From Synechococcus elongatus PCC 6301 (lineage in GTDB: Bacteria > Cyanobacteriota > Cyanobacteriia > Synechococcales > Synechococcaceae): a DNA stretch of 32,000 bases. Below, piece by piece: positions 1 through 7,172 of the stretch. Position 1 is the stretch's first letter. Each line of letters starts with the position of its first letter. The notes under the pieces are model-generated. The model was given only the letters and a program-made list of their open reading frames with translations. It had not been told where the DNA came from and did no database searches. Both the position numbers and the translations under genes were made by a program. Location of the stretch: contig NC_006576.1 in assembly GCF_000010065.1 (NCBI RefSeq), positions 2,250,001 through 2,282,000 on the forward strand. The letters run 5' to 3'.

Positions 1-474
1 CGCTTGGCGATCGCACTTGCGGTTGATCAGCTCCACAATGCCGATGATGTCTTGGCGAGCTGTCTTGAGAGGCAGCACCAAGATCGACTGGGTGCGATAA
101 CCCGTGGCGCTATCGACACGGGGCTGGAAGTGATAGGGCAACCCAAGGGGAAGCTGATAGACATCGGGAACATTCAGCACTTCGCCAGTAGTCGCCACGT
201 AGCCCGCCAAACTATTGCGCAGGATCGGCAGTGGATTGCCCTGGAGTTGAATATCTGGCTGGGAGAAGTTACGGGCCAAACTGCAGATCAGCTCGGGTCC
301 CCGTAAGTCCCAACGCAGCTGGAAGATACTGCCTGCATCCGCTTGGGTCAACGCGATCGCCGTATCCAGAAACAGGCTGAGGGCAGCATCCGTGCTGTGT
401 AGAGCGATCAGGGATTCCCGAAACTGAGTCAGTGGGTTTTCGGCGGGATTGAGAGGGAGCGTCATCGCAGGCAT
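1..474 (-). CDS. GAF-domain sensor protein, N-terminal 158 codons only (gene continues past the left window edge)
   Basis: Open at the window edge, so absent from the ORF track. The reverse-strand frame from ATG 474..472 reads MPAMTLPLNPAENPLTQFRESLIALHSTDAALSLFLDTAIALTQADAGSIFQLRWD...LAGYVATTGEVLNVPDVYQLP...DSATGYRTQSILVLPLKTARQDIIGIVELINRK with no stop down to position 1. The tG..lNvpD / D..TGYrT.SiL..Pl / iiGv.ElIN pattern is typical of GAF domains. An alternative start is ATG 465..463. This call replaces the + strand ORF 4..306. Confidence 0.7.
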   Translation of the reverse strand, partial: MPAMTLPLNPAENPLTQFRESLIALHSTDAALSLFLDTAIALTQADAGSIFQLRWDLRGPELICSLARNFSQPDIQLQGNPLPILRNSLAGYVATTGEVLNVPDVYQLPLGLPYHFQPRVDSATGYRTQSILVLPLKTARQDIIGIVELINRKCDRQA

Positions 475-608
475 GAGGAAGGCGATCGCTGCGCTCAGTC
501 GAGGAGGCGCAAGCAGTCGCAGCTTACCGCCAGCGGCGAGAAATCGCAGTAGGGATCAGGCTTAGGGACTGACTGGGCAGAAAAAGATTAAGAAAAACGT
601 CACAGAAC

Positions 609-626
609 TTTACGTTGTGTTACACT
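609..626 (+). promoter_or_regulatory. HLR1-like direct repeat (putative RpaB box) in the hliA promoter/leader
   Basis: TTTACGTT-GT-GTTACACT ends 33 nt upstream of the hliA ATG. It matches the HLR1 consensus (G/T)TTACA(T/A)(T/A)-N2-(G/T)TTACA(T/A)(T/A) with one mismatch per half-site. Confidence 0.6.
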
Positions 627-659
627 TCAAACAGAACAACCAACCAAAAGGAATTCATT

Positions 660-878
660 ATGCGTAGCGGACGGACAGTTGACGAATTCGGTCGTCAGAA
701 TAATTTCGCCATCGAACCTCAAGTGGTTGTTGCTGAAGCAGACGCATCCTGGGGCTTCCATGACCGCGCCGAGAAACTGAATGGTCGCCTGGCGATGATC
801 GGCTTTGTGGCTTTGATCCTGACTGAAGTTGCTTTGGGTCAAGGCCTGCTGCCTTTCCTCGCGAGCGGCTTGAGCTAA
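660..878 (+). CDS. hliA: High-light-inducible protein (Hli/Scp, single-helix CAB-like), 72 aa
   Basis: Start taken at ATG 660; the ORF-track start at 615 is an upstream TTG. Sequence is [21 protein letters not shown]...[34 protein letters not shown]. The E..NGR.AM.GF chlorophyll-binding helix motif is diagnostic, and the size fits HliA of S. elongatus. Confidence 0.9.
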
Positions 879-1062
879 TTCAGTAGCAGTCAACAACTTA
901 AGATGATGAGTAGGGGCTTGCTGAAGTATCGGCAGGCCTCTATGATTTCGGCTCAGTACCCTTTTGCCATTAGGGGCTTGGAGCTAAAGCAGTTACAGCG
1001 GTAGCTCCAGACGATTCATCGACGGAAAAGGCGGCTCATCATTCACTGCTGCCCGAGGCACC

Positions 1063-1413
1063 ATGGATTGGGATATCCAAATCATCAAGCACTACAGCTC
1101 GACGTCACATTCACGACTACTCAACCAACTGAAGCGCGAACTGCGCGATAACCCCTTACCCCGCCGGGCTCCTACGGCGGCGGCTAACCCGGCCAACGCC
1201 ATGGAACCGCCGCTGCGGATGCCAGCCAAGGGGGGTAACAATCGCCGATTCCGCTATGTTCCTCTGGGTCAAACCGACTCGCGATCGAGTGGTGGTCAGG
1301 CTCAGTCATCCCGTCCCTCGACGAATACTGGAACTGACCCTCGTTACACGACTCCTAGCCCAGCGCCCCAAACCAGCTTTCGCGACCGTCTGCAGGCGGT
1401 AGAAGTGCGCTAG
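1063..1413 (+). CDS. Hypothetical protein with a short structured N-terminus and a long Pro/Ser/Arg-rich, probably disordered tail
   Basis: 116-aa ATG-initiated ORF with no competing ORF on either strand. I recognise no family. It sits between hliA and hisIE on the same strand. Confidence 0.45.
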   Translation: MDWDIQIIKHYSSTSHSRLLNQLKRELRDNPLPRRAPTAAANPANAMEPPLRMPAKGGNNRRFRYVPLGQTDSRSSGGQAQSSRPSTNTGTDPRYTTPSPAPQTSFRDRLQAVEVR

Positions 1414-1468
1414 GACAAGACGCGATCGCGGCGGTGATAGCGTAGAGAAGTTATCCAGCCTGAGGCTC

Positions 1469-2104
1469 ATGGCTCCTCTGTCTCTGTCGCTGCCGCTTGA
1501 TCAACTCCGTTTTGACGAGCGAGGACTCCTGCCAGCGATCGCCCAAGATTACTTGGACGGCACCGTGTTGATGTTGGCCTGGATGAATCGAGAGGCGTTA
1601 GAGAAAACGCTAGAAACGGGCGAGGTTTGGTATTGGAGCCGATCGCGTCAGGAACTGTGGCACAAGGGTGCGACTTCCGGCCATTTTCAGAAATTACAAG
1701 CGATTCGCTACGACTGTGACAGTGATGCCCTGCTGCTGACGATCGAGCAGATTGGAGACATTGCTTGTCACACCGGTGAGCGTAGCTGCTTCCATCGCGA
1801 TGTAGACGTTGTGACGCCACCACCTGCCGATATCCTCACGGAGGTCTATCGGGTTGTTTGCGATCGCCGCGATCGCCCCAGCGAAGCTTCCTATACCAGC
1901 AAGCTATTTGCGGGTGGCGACAATAAAATCCTCAAAAAAATTGGTGAGGAAGCCGCTGAAGTGGTGATGGCCTGCAAAGACGATGACGCCGATGGTCTAG
2001 CGGGTGAAGCGGCAGACTTGTTCTTCCACACGCTGGTGGCACTCGCTCAGCACAACGTTGATCTGCGCTCGGTCTATCGCAAGTTGCAAGAGCGTCGCCG
2101 TTAG
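1469..2104 (+). CDS. hisIE: Bifunctional phosphoribosyl-AMP cyclohydrolase / phosphoribosyl-ATP pyrophosphatase (HisIE)
   Basis: The N-terminal half has the HisI pattern (LLPAIAQD...[12 protein letters not shown]...[18 protein letters not shown]....[20 protein letters not shown]). The C-terminal half has the HisE pattern ([19 protein letters not shown].....K.......GEAADL.FH.LV). Confidence 0.95.
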   Translation: MAPLSLSLPLDQLRFDERGLLPAIAQDYLDGTVLMLAWMNREALEKTLETGEVWYWSRSRQELWHKGATSGHFQKLQAIRYDCDSDALLLTIEQIGDIACHTGERSCFHRDVDVVTPPPADILTEVYRVVCDRRDRPSEASYTSKLFAGGDNKILKKIGEEAAEVVMACKDDDADGLAGEAADLFFHTLVALAQHNVDLRSVYRKLQERRR

Positions 2105-2133
2105 TTCTGGTAACCAGCGCTGCCTGAACTTAG

Positions 2134-2850
2134 CTACAGCTCATCGAAGCTGTGAATTGTCGTCCAGTCACCGATTTCGACAGTAGCATTGCCCGGTCGT
2201 AGAGACAGGCGGGTCTGGAAGCCAGCTGTTGCCGCAGCCTCAAGTTCTGCTGGAATATCTGAGACAAATAGAACTTGCGCCGGCGCTTTCCCGAGTTGCG
2301 CCGCGATCGCGCCGTAACTTGCTGCCTCCCGTTTGGGGCCAGTCCGAGTGTCGAAATAACCGCTGAGATGAGGGCTGAGGTCGCCAGCTTCGCTGTAGCC
2401 AAAGAGCAGTTGCTGGGCTTGGACGCTACCGGAGGAGAAAATTGCGATCGCCAGTCCGGCCGCTTGCCAACGCTGAAAAGCTGGCAGTACATCGGCAAAG
2501 AGTTGCCCTTTAATCTCGCCGCTGACGTAGCCCTGCTCCCAGATCTTGCCTTGCAAGGACTTCAGCCCTGTCGATTTGCGATCGCTGTCGATTAGCCACT
2601 GGATGTAGGGTACTGCGGCGATCGCGTCTTCCCCAGCCCAATCAGGAAGTTCGGCGGCGGCCTCCTGCGCGTATTCCTGCCGCAGCAAGTCGAGGTCGGC
2701 TTGAACCTCGGGATCCGCACCCTGAGTTGCTAAGAAGTCGGCAACGCGATCGCGGGCGTAGGGGAACAGCACCTTGAAGACAAAATCGACGGGTGTCGTT
2801 GTGCCTTCAATGTCGAGCAGCAGCGTGGTGATTGAAACAGGAAGAGGCAT
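2134..2850 (-). CDS. mtnC: Enolase-phosphatase E1 (2,3-diketo-5-methylthio-1-phosphopentane phosphatase), HAD family, methionine salvage
   Basis: N-terminus is TTLLLDIEGTTTPVDFVFKVLFPYARDRVADFL, followed by KSTGLKSLQGKIWEQGY and a HAD C-terminus (AIFSSGSV.AQ..LF...VLFVSD...E..AA..AG). It lies 5 nt downstream of mtnB on the same strand. Confidence 0.85.
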   Translation of the reverse strand: MPLPVSITTLLLDIEGTTTPVDFVFKVLFPYARDRVADFLATQGADPEVQADLDLLRQEYAQEAAAELPDWAGEDAIAAVPYIQWLIDSDRKSTGLKSLQGKIWEQGYVSGEIKGQLFADVLPAFQRWQAAGLAIAIFSSGSVQAQQLLFGYSEAGDLSPHLSGYFDTRTGPKREAASYGAIAAQLGKAPAQVLFVSDIPAELEAAATAGFQTRLSLRPGNATVEIGDWTTIHSFDEL

Positions 2851-2855
2851 GGCTG

Positions 2856-3476
2856 TTAGTGAGGAAGGAGAGTGAGCTCGCGGTAGTGCAGTTCCAGCAG
2901 GAATTCTAGGATCTCAACATGTCGCCGCGCCGCAAACAGACTATTGCCCCAGGCATAGAGGCCGTGGCCTGCAATCAACACGCCCCAGGGTGGTGCAGCT
3001 TGGAGCTGCGGTAGGACAGCCTGGCTGAGGGCTGCCATATCTTGATCGTTGGGAAACACCGGCAGGTGAACTTCAGTCTCGTGAGTGGTGATGCCCTCCA
3101 GCCCCTTCTGCATTTCGTAGCCGGAGAAGGCGATCGCGCCAGTAACTTCCGCTCGCCGCGAGAGTAGAGTCGCGATCGGGGAATGGGTGTGGAGCACTGA
3201 GGCTGCGCCTGTTTGCTGAATGATCGCTAGATGCAGTAGTGTTTCTGCTGAAGCTTTGCCATTGCCTGTTACCACCTGACTTTTGGCGTCCACTTCAATT
3301 AGTTCATCGGGCTGCACGAGTCCTTTATCGACCCCACTAGGAGCCATCAGCAACCGGAGTGGATCGCGGCGCGTGACCAGACTAAAGTTGCCACCGGTGC
3401 CTGTGGCCCAGCCTCGTTTGTGTAGGTCTTGAATCACCCAACTGAGGGCTTGGCGTGGGTCAGAAGAACTGAGCAT
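2856..3476 (-). CDS. mtnB: Methylthioribulose-1-phosphate dehydratase (class II aldolase/adducin fold)
   Basis: GWATGTGGNFSLV...APSGVDKG...GKASAETLLHLAI....GAASVLHTHSP.ATLLS matches the MtnB/class II aldolase pattern. It forms an operon-like pair with mtnC and is divergent from mtnA. Confidence 0.85.
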   Translation of the reverse strand: MLSSSDPRQALSWVIQDLHKRGWATGTGGNFSLVTRRDPLRLLMAPSGVDKGLVQPDELIEVDAKSQVVTGNGKASAETLLHLAIIQQTGAASVLHTHSPIATLLSRRAEVTGAIAFSGYEMQKGLEGITTHETEVHLPVFPNDQDMAALSQAVLPQLQAAPPWGVLIAGHGLYAWGNSLFAARRHVEILEFLLELHYRELTLLPH

Positions 3477-3595
3477 GAACGTTGATCAAAGCCGGGCAAC
3501 AGCATAGCGAAGAACGGCGATCGCTGCGGGTATCCCCGGCGCTTGGCAAGGGTCGGCCTTGGCAGCGAGGATGGGAAAATGTCTCGCAATCTGCC

Positions 3596-4642
3596 ATGAG
3601 CCCCTTTCAAAGCCTTCTGTGGACGGGTAGCCAACTCCGACTACTCGATCAGCGATCGCTCCCACAGGAAACTCAGTATCGGTACTACGACACGGCGGCA
3701 GGGGTCGCTCAGGCGATTCAAGACATGGTGGTGCGAGGGGCGCCGGCGATCGGGGTGGCTGCAGCTTTTGGTTTGGTTCTGACCAGCCAGCAGAGTGCAA
3801 TGACCGATTCTGCAGACTTGCGGGCACAACTGGCGATCGCAGCGGAGACCCTGAAAGCAGCACGCCCGACTGCCGTCAATTTGGCTTGGGCCGTTGACCG
3901 GATGTTAGCGGCGATCGCAAATCCTGATTTAGAGGCGGCGGCGATTCATGCCACGCTGCTAGCGGCGGCACAGCAGCTCTACGACGAGGATGTGGCGGTC
4001 AATCGTCAAATTGGCCTGAATGCGCAGGCGCTGATTCCGCAGCAAGCCAACGTCATTCACCATTGCAATACCGGCGCTTTGGCTACGGTGGACTACGGCA
4101 CTGCCTTGGGTATCATCCGCATTGCCCACGAGCAGGGTAAGCAGATTCATGCCTATCTTGATGAGACTCGTCCGCGCCTACAAGGTGCCAACCTTTCGGC
4201 CTTCGAATTGCAGGCTTACGGTGTGCCCCACACAGTCATTGTCGATGGGGCTTCTGGATTTTTGATGCGACAGCAGCAGATTGATTGCTGTCTAGTTGGT
4301 TGCGATCGCGTCACGGCTAACGGTGATGTGGCTAACAAGATCGGCACCTACAATTTGGCACTAGCAGCGAAGGCGCATGGTGTGCCTTTCTACGTGGCCT
4401 GCCCAATCAGCACGATCGATCGCAGTTTAGCGACAGGCGCTGAAATTGAAATTGAGGAGCGGGACGGTCGAGAAATTACCGAAATTCGAGGTCAGGCGAT
4501 CGCGCCTGCTGGAACAAAGACTTGGAATCCAGCCTTTGACATCACGCCTGCAGAACTGGTGACAGCAATCATCACCGAGCGCGGGATTCTCTATCCACCC
4601 TACGGCCAGGCACTTGAACAAGTGTTAATCAATCCAGGTTAG
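3596..4642 (+). CDS. mtnA: S-methyl-5-thioribose-1-phosphate isomerase (eIF-2B alpha/beta/delta family)
   Basis: Start taken at ATG 3596; the ORF-track TTG at 3482 would almost abut mtnB. Sequence is [26 protein letters not shown]......[24 protein letters not shown]...[17 protein letters not shown]...ETRP.LQGA.L.A.EL...G.P.T.I.D...GCDRV.ANGD.ANKIGTY.LA..A...GVPFYVA.P. Confidence 0.9.
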
Positions 4643-4708
4643 ATGACTGGAAGTCTTGAGCGTCCTTGGTACAGTGGGCACGTTTCAGATCTGAGTTGAG
4701 GCGATCGA

Positions 4709-5110
4709 ATGACTTCTCGTCGTGGGCGAGCTGTTGGCTTTATTCGTGATTTTCAAGCGTTTATTCTCAAGGGCAATGTTGTCGAATTGGCAGTCGCCGT
4801 GATTATTGGCGGTGCTTTCAATAAGATTGTGAGCTCTTTTGTGGGCGATTTAGTGATGCCACTTGTCAATCCCCTGATTCCAGGAGGAGACTGGCGAACA
4901 GCAGTCATTGGCCCCGGACTCAAAATCGGCAGCTTTGCTGGGTCGGTCATTGATTTTCTGATCATTGCCTTTGTTCTCTACCTTGCCATCCGAGCGATCG
5001 AGCGCTTCAAGCGCAAGGAAGAAGCTGTTGTAGCAGCCGCAGAACCGGATGTTCAACAGCAAATGTTGGCAACACTTGAGCGAATTGCAGACAACCTCGA
5101 AGCTCGTTAA
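4709..5110 (+). CDS. mscL: Large-conductance mechanosensitive channel
   Basis: F.AFILKGNVVELAVAVIIGGAFNKIVSSFVGDLVMPLV....GG.....IG....G.F.G.VIDFLIIAFVLYL is a full-length MscL signature. Length is 133 aa. Confidence 0.95.
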   Translation: MTSRRGRAVGFIRDFQAFILKGNVVELAVAVIIGGAFNKIVSSFVGDLVMPLVNPLIPGGDWRTAVIGPGLKIGSFAGSVIDFLIIAFVLYLAIRAIERFKRKEEAVVAAAEPDVQQQMLATLERIADNLEAR

Positions 5111-5142
5111 GTCCTAAAACTAAACTAGATGCAATCCCGAAA

Positions 5143-5165
5143 GGCTCAATGACTTGGGCCTTTTT
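5143..5165 (+). terminator. Rho-independent terminator of mscL
   Basis: GGCTCAA-TGAC-TTGGGCC forms a 7-bp stem with one G-T pair and a 4-nt loop. It is followed directly by TTTTTGTGTTTT, 33 nt after the mscL stop. Confidence 0.7.
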
Positions 5166-5502
5166 GTGTTTTAGGAGCTTCTATGGCAGTAATTGTTTCA
5201 GTTTAGACAGTCTCCCGAGAGAAAATAAGGGACTTAGTTCCCTTGCCCTAAAGAATAGTCATCTTGGTCAAATGTCTTCGCTAAATTAGAGAATGCAACA
5301 CAATAATCATCAAATTTAGTTTTATTTCAAAGTGATTGAAACAAAATGATTGTCGGTCTGATTTTTGAATAAGGGATTGTTGTTGATCAGCCCTGAGTCT
5401 GTGGATTTGAATGCTCTGAAGAGCAAAAGTATGAATTAACAATGAAATTTTCAGGATAAATAAAGGTGATAGGGTGACTAAAGTCTTGCCCTTTCTGGCG
5501 CT

Positions 5503-6165
5503 GTGAACATCCCTTCCTTACTGGCGATCGATCCTAATTTTCTCAAAGGCTTTACGAGTGGCCTCATTTTTATCAGCATTGCTGAATTAGGGGATAAGAC
5601 ATTTCTGATTGCAGCTCTGCTAGCGATGCGTCACCGTCGCCGTTGGGTGCTGTTGGGAACGGTGCTGGCTTTGGCCTTGATGACCATCTTATCGGTGGCG
5701 ATCGGACAGTTGGCCAACCAACTCTTGCCTGAGACTTGGGTGCGTTGGGCTGAAGTGGCCTTTTTTGCAATTTTTGGCCTGAAGCTTTGGCGAGATTCCT
5801 TGGGGATGCCCCAGGTCGGAGACAGTGCAGAGGAGGAAGAAGCTGAAGAATTGGTGCTGGGGGCTGAAGCCAAGCTCGGGAAGCAGGTGACAGTTTTTAC
5901 AGTCGTTTCAGAAGCTTTTAGCCTTGTTTTTGTGGCGGAATGGGGCGATCGCACCCAATTCACAACGATGGCGTTAGCAGCGGCTGGCAATGCTTGGGGT
6001 GTTGCCCTGGGTGCCATTTTGGGACACGCGATTGTTGCTGTCATCGCCGTTAATGTCGGCCGTTGGGTCAGTCGTCATATTTCTGAGCGAGTCTTGACCC
6101 AAATTAGTGCTGGGTTATTTTTACTTTTTGCTGCGATTGCCTTGTGGGGCATTGTGTCGAAATAA
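5503..6165 (+). CDS. UPF0016 (GDT1/TMEM165/PAM71/Mnx-type) Mn2+/Ca2+ transporter
   Basis: Both halves carry the family signature E-x-G-D-(K/R)-(T/S): AELGDKTFLIAALLA and AEWGDRTQFTTMALAA. They are separated by an acidic loop (GDSAEEEEAEE). GTG 5503 is the first possible start after the in-frame TAA at 5479. Length is 220 aa. Confidence 0.85.
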   Translation: MNIPSLLAIDPNFLKGFTSGLIFISIAELGDKTFLIAALLAMRHRRRWVLLGTVLALALMTILSVAIGQLANQLLPETWVRWAEVAFFAIFGLKLWRDSLGMPQVGDSAEEEEAEELVLGAEAKLGKQVTVFTVVSEAFSLVFVAEWGDRTQFTTMALAAAGNAWGVALGAILGHAIVAVIAVNVGRWVSRHISERVLTQISAGLFLLFAAIALWGIVSK

Positions 6166-6211
6166 GTGATGAGGCGCTCTACACTGAGGATGCGACATTT
6201 GACTGCTGACT

Positions 6212-7123
6212 ATGGCAAAGAATCGTCACCAGCAAGTTCGATATGTTCTCTTGCTGACACTTGCTCTCAACCTTTTGGTTGTGGTGATCAAAGCTGGAGT
6301 TGGCCTATTTACAGGCTCACTAAGCCTCTTGGCAGACGCTCTGCATAGCGTGACAGATAGTGTCAATAATATCCTGGGCTTGTTGACGAATCAGCTCTCT
6401 GCCGCAGAACCCGATCGCGATCATCCCTACGGCCATCACAAATACGAAGCCATCGGTGCTTTGGGGATTGCTGCTTTTCTAGGGATCACCTGTTTTGAAA
6501 TTATTCGGGGGGCGATCGAACGACTGATTACTCCCGGCGATCCCATCACAATTACCTCCACTGATCTATGGCTACTACTCATTGTTTTAGGAGTTAATAT
6601 CTACGTTGCTTTCTATGAGCGATCAGTTGGTAAACGCCTCGGCAGTCAAATCTTGATTGCTGACGCCTATCACACGATGAGCGACATTTGGATTACGATC
6701 GTTGTCTTGATAGGGCTGCTTGGAATTCGCTTCTTTAACTTGCAGTGGCTTGATATTGTCCTGTCACTCCCTGTTGCTGTCCTCGTGCTGCGTAGTAGCT
6801 GGATCGTACTCAAGAGCAATTTGCCTTGGCTGGTGGATGAAATTGCGGTTGCCCCTGAAGCCATTCACCAAGTGGTGACCAGTGTGCCTGGGGTGGTCAA
6901 TTGTCATGACATTGCCTCTCGGGGACTATTGGGTCGCCAAATCTTTGTGGATATGCATCTGATTGTCGATGCACCCGATGTTTTAACCGCCCACCAAATT
7001 ACTGAGGCAGTCGAGGCGAGACTCGCAGAACGCTACGCCCCCATCCGCGTTACCATTCATGTCGAGCCACCCAACTACCAATCCACCCAAATCACCTATG
7101 GCTCTGATACACAAAATGCTTGA
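6212..7123 (+). CDS. Cation diffusion facilitator (CDF) family divalent-metal efflux transporter
   Basis: Six predicted TM segments. TM2 carries HSVTD and TM5 carries HTMSD, the H-D/H-D site-A quartet usually associated with Zn/Co/Cd-type CDFs. DRDHPYGHHKYE follows TM2, and there is a C-terminal cytoplasmic domain (...HD...R..G...FVDMH..V....T..AH.I....E..L......V.IHVEP). Confidence 0.9.
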   Translation: MAKNRHQQVRYVLLLTLALNLLVVVIKAGVGLFTGSLSLLADALHSVTDSVNNILGLLTNQLSAAEPDRDHPYGHHKYEAIGALGIAAFLGITCFEIIRGAIERLITPGDPITITSTDLWLLLIVLGVNIYVAFYERSVGKRLGSQILIADAYHTMSDIWITIVVLIGLLGIRFFNLQWLDIVLSLPVAVLVLRSSWIVLKSNLPWLVDEIAVAPEAIHQVVTSVPGVVNCHDIASRGLLGRQIFVDMHLIVDAPDVLTAHQITEAVEARLAERYAPIRVTIHVEPPNYQSTQITYGSDTQNA

Positions 7124-7172
7124 TATTCCTGCCGTATAATTGTCGTCCTTCTGCTTTAGTCATTTGCAGGCT

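Noticed and set aside
4-306. 100-aa + strand ORF at the left edge
   Set aside because: The opposite strand carries an edge-truncated frame with a clear GAF-domain sequence over 1..474. The + strand ORF has no recognisable features and is its antisense shadow.
3482-3595. N-terminal extensions proposed by the ORF track (for example 3482, 615, 7140, 9323, 10503, 14145, 16164, 17395, 19544, 21256, 22702, 23899, 31341 and 31358)
   Set aside because: Nearly all of these upstream starts (31341 is an ATG) are TTG or GTG codons that add non-conserved residues or overlap the neighbouring gene. An internal ATG aligns with the conserved N-terminus of the family in each case.
5166-5502. yybP-ykoY manganese riboswitch upstream of the UPF0016 transporter
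   Set aside because: I looked for the conserved cores (GGGGAGTAG-like and TTGACATA-like segments) on the + strand and did not find them. The region is kept only as an unexplained AT-rich leader.
5281-5536. Stop-free reverse-strand frame of ~83 codons through the AT-rich spacer (…SLLIHTFALQSIQIHRLRADQQQSLIQKSDRQSFCFNHFEIKLNLMIIVLHSLI*)
   Set aside because: There is no ATG or GTG start giving more than ~50 codons, no recognisable homology, and it overlaps the 5' end of the transporter gene. It is most likely chance or an unrecognisable relic.
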